NCBI RefSeq assembly: GCF_009914755.1
Contig: NC_060934.1
DNA from: the human T2T-CHM13v2.0 reference genome, Homo sapiens
Length of the DNA stretch: 64,000 bases
Strand: one strand, 5' to 3'
Shown here piece by piece: positions 12,075 to 25,600 of the stretch (within the stretch, counting starts at the first letter, position 1; each line of letters begins with the position of its first letter). Below the pieces are notes generated by a model. It had not been told where the DNA came from and ran no database searches. It worked only from the letters and a program-made list of their open reading frames with translations. A program made the translations under genes and the position numbers.

Positions 12075-15000
12075 ATTTTTAGACACGACTTAGATACAAC
12101 AAATGCATAAATTTCAAGTGTATAATTCCATTAATTTTGACAAATATACATGTATAAAACATATATTTAAAATACACATATAATATTAATGTAATAAGTG
12201 ATAAAGTAATGAAATGGCAACTGATATAATATGTATATATAATCTTTGTACATCACCACAATCAAACTCTGAAACATTCCCATCATGGTTTTTTTGTATT
12301 CCTTTTCAGACAGCCTTCCCCCAACCCAAGGCATCCTCTCTCCATCATAGATTAGTTTTGCTAGTGTTCAAATTTTGCATAAATTGATTCAGAAGGAATA
12401 AACTCTTTTTCTTTTTTTTAAATTTTATTTTAAGTTCCAGGGTACATGTGAAGGATGTGCAGGTTTGTTACATAGGTAAACGTGTGCCACGGTGATTTAC
12501 TGCATCTATCTACCTATCACCTAGGTATTAAGCCCAGCATGTATTAGCTATTTTTCTTGATGCTATCACTCCTCTTGCCATCCACCAACAGGCCCCAGTG
12601 TGTGTTGTTCCCCTCCCTGTGTCTATGTGTTCACATTGTTCCGCTCCCCCTTATAAGTGAGAACATTCTGTGTTTGATTTTCTGTTCTTGTGTTAGTTTG
12701 TTAAAGATAATGGCTTCCATTTCCATCTATATCCCTGCAAAGGACATGACCTAGTTCCCTTTTATGGTTGTATAGTATTCCATGGTGTATATGTACCACA
12801 TTTTCTTTATCCAGTCTATCACTGATGGGCATTTGGGTTGATTCCAAGTCTTTGATATTGTGAATAGTGCTGCAATGAACATACACATGCATGTATCTTT
12901 GTAATAGAATAATTTATATTCCTTTGGGTATATATCCAGTAATGAGATTGCTGGGTCATATGGTATTTCTGGTACTAGGTCTCTGAAGAATCATCGCACT
13001 GTCTTTCTCAATGGTCGAACTAATTTACATTCCCACCAGCATTTCTCCGCAGCCTCACCAGCATCTGTTGTTTCTTGACTTTTTAATAATTGCCATTCTG
13101 ACTGGCGTGAGAGGGTATACCACTATGGTTTTGATTTGCATTTCTCTAATGATGAGTGATGTTGGGCTTTTTTACATATGTTTGTTGGCTGCACAAATGT
13201 CTTCTTTAGATAAGTGTCTGTTCATGTCCTTTGCTCACTTTTTAATGGGGTTGTTTTTTTCTTGAAAATTTGTTTAAGTTCCTTGTAGATTCTGGATATT
13301 AGACTTTTGTCACATGGATAGATTGCAAAATATTTCTCCCATTTTGTATGTTGTCTGTTCACTCTAATGATCATTTCTTTTGCTGTACAGAAGTTCTTCA
13401 GTTTAATTAGATCCCATTTGTCAATTTTTGCTTTTGTTGCAATTACTTTTGACATTTTCATCATGAAATCTTTGCCAATGTCTATGTCCAATAGTATTGC
13501 CTAGATTTCCTTCTAGGGTTTTTATAGTTTTTTATTTTACCTTTAAATCTTTAATCTCTCGAGTTAATTTTTGCATAAGGTGTAAGGAAGAGGTCCAGTT
13601 TCAATTTTCTGCATATGGCTAGCCAGTTCTCCCACCATCATTTGTCAAATAGGGTATCCTTTCCCCCATTGCTTCCTTTTGTCAGGTTTGTCAAATATCA
13701 GATGGTTGCAGGTGTGCGGTCTTATTTCTGAGTTCTCTATTCTGTTCCATTTGTCTATGTGTTTGTTTTTGTATCAGTACCATGCTGTTTTGGTTACTGT
13801 AGCCTTGTAGTATAGTTTGAAGTCAGATAGCGTGATGCCTCTAGCTTTGTTCTTTTTGCTTATGATTCTCCTGGCTATACGGGTTCTTTTTTGGTTCCAT
13901 ATGACTTTTAAAATGGTTTTTCTAATCTTGTAAAGATGGTCAATTGTAGTTTAATGGGAATAGCATTGAATCTATAAATTACTTTGGGCAGTATAACCAT
14001 TTTCACAATATCAATTCTTCCTATCCATGAGGATGTATTGTTTTTCCATTTGTTTGTGTCCTCTCTGATTTCCTTGAGCAGTAGTTTGTAGTTCTCCTTG
14101 AAGAGGTCCTACACTTTCCTTGTTAGCTGTATTCCTAGGTATTTTATTCTTTTTGTGATAATTGAAAATGGGAATTCATTCATGATATGATTCTTTGCAT
14201 GTCTTTTGTTGATGTATACAAATGCTTGTGACTTTTGCACATTGATTTTTTGTATCCTGAGACTTTGCTCTAGTTGCTTATCAGCTTAAGAAGCTCTTGG
14301 GCTGAGATGATGGGATTTTATAGATATAGGATAATGTCATCTGCAAACAGAGACAATTTGACTCCTGTCTTTCTATTTGATTCTTTTTATTTCTTTCTCT
14401 TGACTGATTGCCCTGTCCAGAACTTCCAATACTATGTTGAGTAGCAGTGGTGAGAGAGGACATCTTTGTCTTGTGGTGGTTTTCAAGGGGAATGCTTCCA
14501 GCTTTTTCCCATTTGGTATGATATTGGCTGTGGGTTTGTCATAAATGGCTCTTATTATTTTGAGGTATGTTCCTTCAATACCTAGTTTATTAAGAGTTTT
14601 TAACATGAAGGGATGTTGAATTTTATCAAATGCCTTTTCTGTATCTATTGAGATAATTATGTGGTTTTTGTATGTAGTTCTGTTTATGTGATGAATTATG
14701 TTTATTCATTTGCATATGTTGAACCAGCATTACATCTCAGGAATGAAGCCAACTTGATCATGGTGGAAAAACTTCTTGATGTGTTGCTGGTTTCAGTTTG
14801 CCGGTATTTTATTGAAGATCTTTGCATCGATGTTCTTCAGGGATATTGGCCTGAAGGTTTTTTTGTTATTGTTGTATCTCTGCCTAATTTTGGTATCAGG
14901 ATGATGCTGGCCTCATACAATGAGTTAGGGAGCCATTCTTCCTTTTCAATTGTTTGGAATAGTTTCAGAAGAAATAGTACTGGCTCCTCTTTGTACCTCT

Positions 15001-16280
15001 GGTAGAATTCAGCTCTAAATCCCCCTGATCCTAGGCTTTTTTAAATTGGTAGGCTATTTATTACTGCCTCAATTTCAGAGCTCATTATTGGTCTATTCAG
15101 ATATTTAACTTCTTCCTAGTTCAGTCTTAGGAGGTGTATGTTTCCAGGAATTTATCCATTTCTTCTAGATTTTCTAGTTTATTTGCATACAGGTCTCTAT
15201 AATATTCTCTCATAGTTGTTTGTATGTCTGTGGAGACAGTGGTATATTCTCTTTGTCAATTTTTATTGTGTCTATTTGATTCTTCTCTCTTTTCTTGTTT
15301 ATTAGTCTAGCTAGGGCTGTATCTATTTTACTAATTTTTTCAAAAAAAACACCATCTGGATTTGTTGATTTTGTGAAGGATTGTTCATGTCTCTCTCTCT
15401 CCTTCAGTTCTGCTCTAATATTGGTTATTTATTGTCTTCTGCTAACTTTGAGTTTTGTTTGCTGTCACTCCACCCTTCCTTTCCTTCCTCTCTGTGGGTT
15501 GCACCAAGCACCTAGTCAGCCCCAGTGAGAGAACCTGAATACCTCAGCTGAAGGTGCAGTATTCACTCACTGTTTCAGTTCTTCTTGGTGGGAGCCGCCA
15601 AAGACAGCTGCTTCTAGTCGGCCATCTTGGCCCCTTCCCATAAATTCTTTTGCTATGTGGCTTTGCTGTTCAACTTGATATTTTTGAGATTCATCAGTGT
15701 TATTGTATGTGACACAATACAGTAAATTCATTATAATGGCTGACTAGTATTCTATTGTATAAATGTATCACAGTTTGCTTTGTCAATCATCTGTTGTTTA
15801 AAATTTTGGTTACTTGTATTTCATGCCATTATAAATAAGGCCAAAATAAACATTTTTATACATTATTTTGTGATATATGTTTTATTTTCTTTGGGTAAAA
15901 ATGTAAAAGTAGTTGCTGGGTCATAGGTAAGTATATGTTTAACATTATAAGAAAGTGCCAAACAAGTTTTCCAAAGCTATTTTTTTTTTTACTTTTTTCT
16001 TTCAAAAGCAATGAATGAATACCTTGATTGTTCTTCATCTTTCCAAATTTTGTTATTTTATTACTTTTCATTTTAGCTTCTCTACTGGGTACTAAGTGGT
16101 ATCTAATTATAGTTTTAATTTGCATTTCTCTGATCACTAAAGATAAAAATTAGGGTGTTTTAATTTTTATTATTGAGTTGTAAGAAGTTTTTTTTAAATA
16201 GATTCTGAATAGGAATTGTTGGTACGATTTACATATTAAAAATATATTCTCCCAGTTTGTAGCATGCATTAGCATTTTTT
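12075..16280 (-). mobile_element. Old L1ME-like 3' element split by a younger L1PA (pieces about 12075-12409 and 15640-16280)
   Basis: L1ME 3'UTR motifs continue across the insertion; ORF 15856-16137 [14 protein letters not shown] is ORF2 C-terminal. Confidence 0.75.
12410..15639 (-). mobile_element. L1PA8-10-like element with a large internal deletion (first ~178 nt of 5'UTR joined to mid-ORF2)
   Basis: 5' end GGGAAGGGGCCAAGATGGCCGACTAGAAGCAGC at 15639; junction at about 15461-15464; TSD ataaa(c/t)tctttt at 12398-12409 and 15640-15651. Confidence 0.92.
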
Positions 16281-17140
16281 GTTGTGTTAAAATATACATA
16301 AAAAATTTACAATCTTAACTATTTATATGTACATATATATGTATATACACACTGTGTGGTGAATAACATAGTTTTATACTATTTTTATTTATGTGTGTTT
16401 TAAGTTATATAGAAAATAGAAAGAGGAGTTATAAACCAAAATAAAATAATGCTCGCTTTTATATTTCCCATGTGCTTACCCTTACTGAAGATCTTTGTTT
16501 CTTCATTCAGCTTTAAATATGTCAACCCACTGCCTTCTGGTCTCTATGTTTTCTGGCGAGAAATAGCTGTTAATCTTTATTGAGAATCCTTTGTATGTGA
16601 TAACCACTTCTCTTTTTCCATGTTCACAATTTACTCTGTCTTTAGCATTCGACAGTTTGATTATAATATGTTTTGGTGTGGATCTCTTTGAGGTTACCCT
16701 CTTTGGAGGTACTTGAGATTCTTGGATTTTTATATCCTTTTCATCAAATTTGGGAAATTTTAAATATTCTTACCTCTTCTTTCTCTCTATCTCCTTCATC
16801 TGAGATTCTCATAATACATATGTTAGCCTGTTTGATGGCATTCCACAGGTACGTTATGTTCTGGTTATCTTTCTCCATTCTGTCTTTATTTCTGTTCCTT
16901 AGAGCAAGTAATCTACATTTTCCTATATACAAGTTTGCTGATCCTATTTTCTGTTTGCTCAGATCTTTTGAGCCACTCTAGGGAAGTTTTCATTTCAAGA
17001 TTGTATTTCTCAGCTCCAGAATTTCTGTTTGCTTCTTTTTAATAATTGTAATCATTTTATTAAAATTCCTGTTTCATTTATATATTATTTTCCTGATTCC
17101 CTTTAGTTTTTTTGTGAATGTTTAAGACAGTTGTTTTAAA

Positions 17141-18040
17141 TGCAGCAACAGACCAAACAATCCAATTAAAAGAGGTAACAGACTTGAATAAACATTTCTC
17201 TAAAGAAGATACAAAAATATGCAAATATCCAATTAGCATATAAAAAGATCCTCAAGATCATTAGTCATTAGAGAAATACAAATTGAAACTACAGTGGTAT
17301 ACCACTTCATGGCTACTAAACTGGCTATACTAAAAAAAAAAAAGGATGTTGTGAAAGAGGAAATAACAAGTGCTGGTGAGAATGTAGAGAAATTGGAATC
17401 CTCATACATTACTGGCACAAATATAAAATAGTACAGCTGCTGTGAAAAATAAGTTGGCACTTCCTCAAAAACAAAACAAAAGATTGCAATGTCACCCGGC
17501 CATTCCACTCCTAAGTATATACCTGAAAGAAATGAAAATAAGAACTCAAACAAATAACTATATGCAAACATTTGTTGCAGTATTGTTCACAATAACCAAA
17601 AGTTGGGAACGATCCAAGTGTCCACCAACAGATAAAAAGATATCCAAAATAAGATATACACATATAATGGAGTATTATTCAGCCATAAAGGTTCTGAATT
17701 TCTGAATATGGTTGAGCCTTAAAAACACTATGCTAAGTCAGATAAGCCAGATACAAAATAGCAAATATTATTACTCCAATTACAGGAAGTATCTAGAATA
17801 AATAAATTTATAGATACTGAAAATAGATTATAAATTACCATGGGCTAAGGGAGGCAGGAATAGGGAGCTATCACTTAATGAGTACAGAGTTTCTGGGGTG
17901 ATAAAACATTTTTGGAGATAGTGGTGATGGTTGTACAACAGTGTAAGCATAACTAATGCCACTGAATTATACACTGAAGTGGCTAAAATGGCTAATTTTC
18001 TGCTATATATATTATATAACAACTTAAAAATACTTTTTAA
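17141..18040 (+). mobile_element. L1MB-like 3' fragment
   Basis: ORF2 C-terminus (PAIPLLSIYLKEMK) and L1MB 3'UTR; TSD-like ca(g/a)ttgttttaaa on both sides. Confidence 0.85.
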
Positions 18041-18800
18041 AGAGTCAATTGTTTTAAAGTCTTTGTCTGCTAAGTGCAATGTCTAGGCTTCCTCAGAGAC
18101 AACTTCTAGCAATTTATTTTGCTCCTTAAATGGGCCATACTTTCCAGTTTTTTGGTATGCCTTGTGAATAAAAAAAAAAAAAAGCTGTACATTTCAATGT
18201 TATAATATGGTAACTCTGGAAATCAGATTCTCCCCCTGATCCATTGTTTTCTGTTTCACTGATTGTTGAAGACTGTAGTTGTCCACTGTTTGTTTAGTAA
18301 CTTTTTCTTAATTATTTTTGCAGAGACAGTTTTCTTTGCCATGTGTTGTCACTGAAGACTTTGTTTATCAGCTTGTGCTCAGCTAGTGTTTTAACAGAGA
18401 TTTCCTTGAATGCCAGGAGCCAAAATAAGGGAATGAGAGAGAAAAGGTAAAATAAAAATGTTTCCAGATCTTTGCAGATTGTCTCTGTGCTAGGGCCGTC
18501 TTTCAAACTTATCTAAGCTTACATTTTGTGTAGGCATCAGCCTGAGGTAAAATAGGGCCTTCTCAGATGTTTTCTGATCATGTATTATTCCCTATGCTTG
18601 CATGCTACAGTGTGTGCATGCATGTCATAGGGCAGAATTCCCCTGTATAGATGGATGCTTTTAAATGCCATAGTTTTTCTAAGACACTGTCTCCCAGGCT
18701 TTTCTTCTCTGGCTATAGGATTATCTTTTGTATGTGTCAACTGTAATCTTTCACCCTAGGCAACTATTTGTTGCTCTTCCACTTTCCAGTGCTTTCCAGC

Positions 18801-19052
18801 AGGCTGAGGTGAAAGTATTACTTGAGGCTGGGAGTTCAAGAAAGCCTGAGCAACACAGCAAGATTCTGTTTCTACAAAAAATAAAAAGTTAACCAGGCAG
18901 GGCGGCATGTGCCTGTAGTCCTGACTACTTAGGAAGCTGAGGCAGGACTATTGCTTGAGCCAAGGAGTTTGAGATTACAGTGAGCTATGATCACGTCACT
19001 GAAAGCCAGTACCTGGGCAACAGCGCAAGATTCTGTCTGAAAAAAAAAAAAA
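18801..19052 (+). mobile_element. AluJ-type SINE, 5'-truncated
   Basis: J-type motifs (tgagctatgatcac); TSD t(g/a)ctttccagc. Confidence 0.9.
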
Positions 19053-20920
19053 TACTTTCCAGCAATGCTTACAGCTTTCGTAGCCCAGATTAGTTTCTAG
19101 TTAGGCAAGCAGGTATAACAGAAACAAGTGCCTTGTGTCAGAAATTCAAGTGGTCCAGGCCGGTTAAAACAGGCATACACAATAATTTGTAAATAGCCTG
19201 TACTCTGCTACTTGCAGAATCCAGGGCTAAGATCTCACACTGGATTCATGAGTTGTAAACTTCAAGACTGCTACTGGCCTGGGAGGGGAGCAGGAATAAG
19301 TAAAAAAGTAAAAACACTGCAAAACATTCCTATCATGTTTAAGTTACTTTCTTCTTGATTCCTCGTTTGCTTGTATGCTATAAAATTTTATCATTTTCCA
19401 GAGTTCTGACAAGATTGGTCCTGACAATTTCTGTTTGCTTTTGATGTTTCCAGCGGGGGTGGGAGAGGACAGGAGGTTGGAGCTGCCTACTTTGCCATTT
19501 TTCTGATATCACTTTGACACTTTTTTAAAGGTAGAATTGTAGAACCAAGTTACTTATTTTTGTATTGCAATAAAAATGTGCCATAGTCTATTTCCAGGGT
19601 TAATGAAAATGAAAACATGTCACAGTTTCCACCTCCTGTTCAAGGTTACAAAAATAAAATATAATATTTTTTGAGCATGTCCAAATAAATTCAGAATTTT
19701 TAATATTGATATAATTTAAAAATCTAATTCTGTTTCTATGATCTTTGTATGTTACCCTATAAAAAGAATCATTCATCAAAAGTAACCTACTATAAAAATT
19801 GAGATGAATTTATAAAATACTGGAAATTATGTAAAGAAATAATATTTTCAAGTATCAACTGGTGTGTTAAACCATGTATATTTTATGTACACAAAGCCCT
19901 CCTTAGTTCCAAAAAGCAAAATCCTCTACCTCCACATCTGTCCTCAGGAAAATTTCCTTACCACAAAAAAACACAAAGGACTACACGACTTAATTTTCAG
20001 TATTGAGTTTTAAGATAGAATTTTGATGCTCATGGTAATACATTTGAGAACACAGGGTGTTTTGAGTTACAAATGCCCAGATCTTTTTCATTCTATGGTC
20101 CTACTCTGTTAATAGATGTTGCTAAATATGTGACTTCGTTCTTGTCACCTTCTTCCCTTTCTGAAAGTAGATAAAGATCCTTCAAAGAGAGAGAGGGAAA
20201 AGGAGAGCTGTAGAGACAGCAAAAATATGAGACTGGGACAGAGCTCTCTGAGCAGGGCTATATGCTGCCTGCCTGTCTAGCCATGCTCTGGACAAGGGGT
20301 GTAATACAACCCTAGATAGGTTTGAGGATCTGAGAGTGGAAGACTTGACCTTGCTTCCAAAACTCAGGTTCAGGAGTTTTCACTGAGCCTCTATAGTGAA
20401 AGATTTGAAAATGTGGTGTTTGTAAGCTGAGAATGGCCCAGGCAAAATACAAATGTTACCATTAAAGCATGAGAGATCTTATTTTCTTTTATTTCACCAA
20501 GAAAGTTGTAGATGAGAAAGAGAAAAAAGAGAGTGAGAAAGAAAGAATACTTCAATGCACCTCAAAGTATCTTTAGCCATAATAAGGGGAGCTACAGGGT
20601 AAGTAAACTGGACTATATAGAACTTAATACAGATATCTCAGAGAAATATCACCATGGGAGGTTGCAATGCTCATGAACAAGATAGGAAATTGTGTACACT
20701 ACAGCAGACGTCACCACAGGCAGACACAAACAGATGAACAGGTAACCCCACCTGACAAAGTAGTAATTTAAATGCCACTCAAGATACAACAAATGAGAAA
20801 GAAGAAACAATCATTAACTAATTGCATTTAAACATCACTAGATAACATCTAGCTAGCATAGACCAAAATTATATTGTTTGGTATCAGGCAAAAAAAGCAC
20901 TTAATAGACTTCAGGTTAGT

Positions 20921-22834
20921 TTACAGAAATACGATAAACACTCAGAGACTACTATGAACACCTCTATGCATGCAAACTAGAAAATCTGGAAGAAATGGAT
21001 AAATTCCTGGAAACATGCAACCTCCCAAGATTGAATCAGGAAGAAATTGAATCCCTGAACAGACCAATAATTAGTTCCAAATTGAATCAATAGTAAAAAG
21101 CCTTCCAACCAGAAAAAGTCCAGGACCAGACAGATTCTCAGCTGAATCCCACCAGGTGTATAAAGAAAAGCTGGTACCATTCCTATTAAAACCATTCCAA
21201 AAAATTGAGGAAGAGGGACTCCTACCTAACTCATTCTATGAGGCCAGCATTATCCTGATACTAAAACCTGGCAGAGACACAACCAAAAATGAAAAAGAAA
21301 AGAAAAAGTCCAATATCCTTGACGAACATACATGCGAAAAAAAAAAAAAAACCCTCAACAGAACACTAGCATACTGAATCCAGCAGCACATCAAAAAGCT
21401 AATCCACTATAATCAAGTAGGCTTTATACCTGAGATGCAAGGTGGGTTCAACATATGCAAATCAATAAATGTGATTCATCACACAAATGGAACTAAAGAC
21501 AAAAACCACATTATTATCTCAACAGATGCAGAAAAAGGCTTTCAATTAAATTCAACATTCCTTCATGTTAAAAACCTTCAGCAAACTAGGTATTGAAGGA
21601 TCATACCCCCAAATAATAAGAGCCATCTAAGACAAACCCACAGCCAACATTATACTGAATGGGCAAAAGCTGGAAGCATTCTCCTTGAAAACCGAAACAA
21701 GACAAGGATGCCCATTCTCACCACTCCTATTCAACATAGTACTGGAATTCCTAGCAAGAGCAATCAGGCAAGAGAAAGAAATGAAAGGCATCCAAATTGG
21801 AAGAAAGGGAGTCAAATTATCTGTTTGTAGACAATATGATTTTATACCTAGAAACAAGGCTTATACCTAGAAGCCAAGGCTCCTAGATCCAAAAAACAAC
21901 TTCAGCAAACTTTCAGGATACAAAATCAATGTACAAAAATCAGTAGCATTTGTATACACCAATAACATCCAATCTAAGAGCCAAATCAAAAATGCAATTC
22001 CATTCACAATAGTCATAAAAAGAATAAAATACCTAGGAATACAGCTAACTAGGAAAGTAAAAGACCTCTAAAATGAGAATTTAAAAATTCTGCTGAAAGA
22101 AATTAGAGATGACACAGACAAATGGAAAAAATATTTCTTGTTCATGGATAGGAAGAATCAATATTGTTAAAATGGCCATAGTGCCCAAAGCAATTTACAG
22201 ATTCAATGCTCTTCCTATAAAGCTACCAATTTCTTCACAGAATTAAAAAAAACTATTTTAAAATTCATATAAAACTTAAAAAAATCTTAAACAGCTAAGG
22301 CAATCCTAAGAAAAAATGACAAAGCAACAGACACATAGACCAATGAAAATAAATAGAAAGCCCAGAAATATAGCCCCACACCTACAACCATCTGATCTTC
22401 AACAAAGCTGACAAAAACAAGCAATGGGGAAAGGACTTTCTATTCAATAAATGGTGCGGGGATAACTGGCCAGTCATATGCAGAAGGTTAAAGCTGGACC
22501 CCTTTCTTACACCACGTAGAAAAACTTCTACATTGCTGGTGGGAATGTAAACTAGTACAACCACTGTGTAAAACGGTGTGGAGACTCCTTAAAGTACTAA
22601 AAGCAGAATTACCATTTGATCCAGCAATTCCACTACTGGGTATCTACCTAGAGGAAGAGAAGTTTGGTTTTCCATTCTGAGTTACTGCACTTAGAATAAT
22701 AGTCTCAATTTCCATCCAGGTTGCTGCGAATGCCATTAATTCATTCCTTTTTGTGGCTGAGTAGTATTTAATTACACACACACACACACACACATATATG
22801 TATATATGTGTGTGTATATATGTATATACATATA

Positions 22835-22865
<31 letters not shown>

Positions 22866-24320
22866 GTATATAACCAAACATCATATGTTCTCACTTACAA
22901 GTAAGAGCTAAACTGTGAGAATGCAAAAGCATAAGAATGATACAGTGGACTTTGGGGATTTGGGGAAAAAGTGGGAGGGGGTGAGAGATAAAGACTACAA
23001 ATTGGGTTCAGTATATACTGCTCGGGTGATGGGTGCACCAAAATCTCACAAATCATCACTAAAGAACTTACTCATGTAACCAACTGCTACCTGTTCCCCA
23101 AAAACATATGGAAATAAAAAAGTTTTAAATATAATAATAATTTACATGCAAAAAAGAAAAATTAACTCAAGAATGATTAAAGGCTTAAATGTAAAACTTA
23201 AAGCTATACAAACCCTAGAAGTTAACCTAGGAAATATCATTTTAGACACAGGCCCCAGCAAAGATTTCATGACAAAGACTCCAAAAGCAATTGCAACAAA
23301 AACAAAACTTGACAAATGGGATCTGATTAAACTAAAGAGCTTCTGTACAGCAAAAGAAACTATCAACCAAGTAAACAGACAACCTATAGAATGAGAGAAA
23401 ATATTTGCTATCTATACATCTGACAAAGGTCTAATATTCAGGATCTATAAGGAAGTTAAACAAATTCACAAGTAGAAAACAAACAACCCCATTAAAAAGT
23501 GGGCAAAACATACAAACAGACATTTTTCAAAAGAAGACATAGACACAGCCAACAAACATATTAAAAAATGCTCAACCTCACAAATCATTAGAGAAATGCA
23601 AATCAAAACCATAATGAGTTACTATGTCACACCAGTCAGAACAGCCATTATTAACTGTCAAAAAACTAACAAATGCTGGTGAGGTTGTGGAGAAAAGAGA
23701 ATACTTATCCACTGCTACTGGGAATGTAAATTAGCTCAGTCATTCTGGAAAGCAGTGTGGCGATTTCTCAAATAACCTAAACCAGAAGTACCATTTGACC
23801 CAGCAATACCATTATTGGGTATATTCTCAAATGAATACTAATTGTTCTACCATAAAGACATGCACATGTATGTTCACTGCAGCAGTATTCACAATAGTAA
23901 AGTCATGGAATCAACCTAATTGTCAATCAACGGTAGACTGCATGAAGAAAATGCGGTACTTATACACCATGGAATACTACAGAGCCCCAAACCCCGAAAC
24001 AAGATAATGTCCTTTGAGTAACACTGATGGAGCTAGAGGCCATAATCCTAAGCAAACTAGCGCAGGAACAGAATCTGCATGTTCTCACTTGTAAATGGGA
24101 ACTAAACATTGAGTACACAAGGACAAACAGAAGGGAACAACAAACACCGGGCCCTACTCGAGGATGGAGGGCAGGAGGAGGGACAGAGATGGAAAAATCT
24201 ACCTATCCGGTACAATGCTTACCACCAGAGTGACAAAATAGTCTGTACAGCAAACTCCTGTGATACACAATTTACCTATATAACCACCCTGAATATATAC
24301 CCTAAATAAAAACTTAAAAA
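20921..24320 (+). mobile_element. 5'-truncated L1PA15/16-like element (decayed ORF2 + 3'UTR) hosting an L1PB insertion
   Basis: RT motifs ([17 protein letters not shown]); 3'UTR ending aataaaaacttaaaaa. Confidence 0.92.
22525..23155 (+). mobile_element. L1PB1-like 3' fragment with an internal inverted segment (22664-22870)
   Basis: L1PB1 3'UTR (aagaatgatacagtggactttgggga...aaatctcacaaatcatcactaaagaactt); middle segment is antisense; host resumes at aaaattaactcaag. Confidence 0.88.
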
Positions 24321-24399
24321 ATAATAATCATTACTTTTTGCATAGCTGGGTGCATGGCATATAATCATGCACATTTTTGAACGAGAAAATTTTAAAAGT

Positions 24400-25600
24400 T
24401 GTCTACTCTAAACTTTTTTCATTTTGCCAATAAAAAGGAAAAGGTCGGGTGTGGTTAACAGACTTGCACAGACTCATCCATATAATTAGTGGCAGAGTCA
24501 GAACCACGATTCAGTGTCTTTTCTAGTTAAGGCATCTGTCTGCTAGATGAGACTGCCTCGCTGTCACTATAAAAGCTGTATTAGTATTTCTGTGATACAA
24601 ATTATTATTTCAAACTTCCATGTGAATTGGGAAAATACTTATGTAGGGTTGACAGTTGTGCAGCTATAGCTTATCAGTTTATTATTCTCGCTTTCAATGA
24701 ATATTAAAAATATATCATATGAATATGATAAGTAATTTTGCTTCAGGGTTTGCTAGAGGCAAGAAAACGAAACTTTTATTATTAATACTCCTCAAAACAA
24801 TAGTGAAATCAATCTTCAAATATTTGATCACAAACCTGTCTAATACATACTTAAAAATTAAGTGGAAACCCAATCTAGAGTAAATCCGGCTAAGTTTATT
24901 TTGACTAATACAAGCATATTGCAACTAGAAAGAAATTTTAGCAGTTTTTAGACATATTTTTCAATCTTTGATTTTTTATATAAATGCTTTTACATATGCT
25001 ATTTCAGAGCTTTGTTATTAAACTGGTTGCTCTAGGTAATACTAAAAATCCTTTGTACCCTAATCTTTTCTTACAATTTTATTTCTTTTATCATGAAAGC
25101 AGAAGTACAAATATGTGCAAAATATCTTGTAAATTTTGTTGAGGTAATTTATATTTCAAGTCATGCTAATTTTGTTAAGATTACTGATCTAGTACACTTC
25201 ATTTTTTAAAATCAAATCATTTTATTACTTTTAAGCTTCATACATTCTCAGATTTGTAGCCTTTATATGCTTTTTTTTCTAGAATTGATAAATGGATTTT
25301 TTTAATATAATCATTATCATTTAATTTAACTGTTTTGGAACATTCCTACATATTCCAAATAGTCATCTTCTTATTCTACTAATCACAGAACCAAAAATAA
25401 CATTGAATGGACATTAGTGTTTGCAAAGGGTTTTCATAAACATTAAAGCATTTGATATTTAAAACAACACAGTGAGATATAAATCATTAGAAAATAAGGG
25501 TATATTAATAATAGAGTAGTATTGGTAGGAAAGTTTATCATTCCCATTTTAATGATGAATTTTTAAAAAACCTCAGAGAGTTTAAATTGCCCAAGATAAA
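24400..25600. mobile_element. MIR fragments (about 24400-24560 and 25390-25600)
   Basis: attagtggcagagtcagaac; cattcccattttaatgatga...ctcagagagtttaaattgcccaag. Confidence 0.5.

Larger units (their letters stand above)
16350..19520 (-). mobile_element. Old L1M 5'/ORF1 region, interrupted by an L1MB and an AluJ
   Basis: ORF 16744-16932 (LWNAIKQANICIMRISDEGDREKE) is ORF1p-like; host resumes at about 18050 and 19053. Confidence 0.7.

Noticed and set aside
15461-15560. Spliced-L1 (SpIRE) explanation for the deleted L1
   Set aside because: The usual CTGAG|GTA donor is still present and the junction lies ~80 nt further in with no evident GT donor
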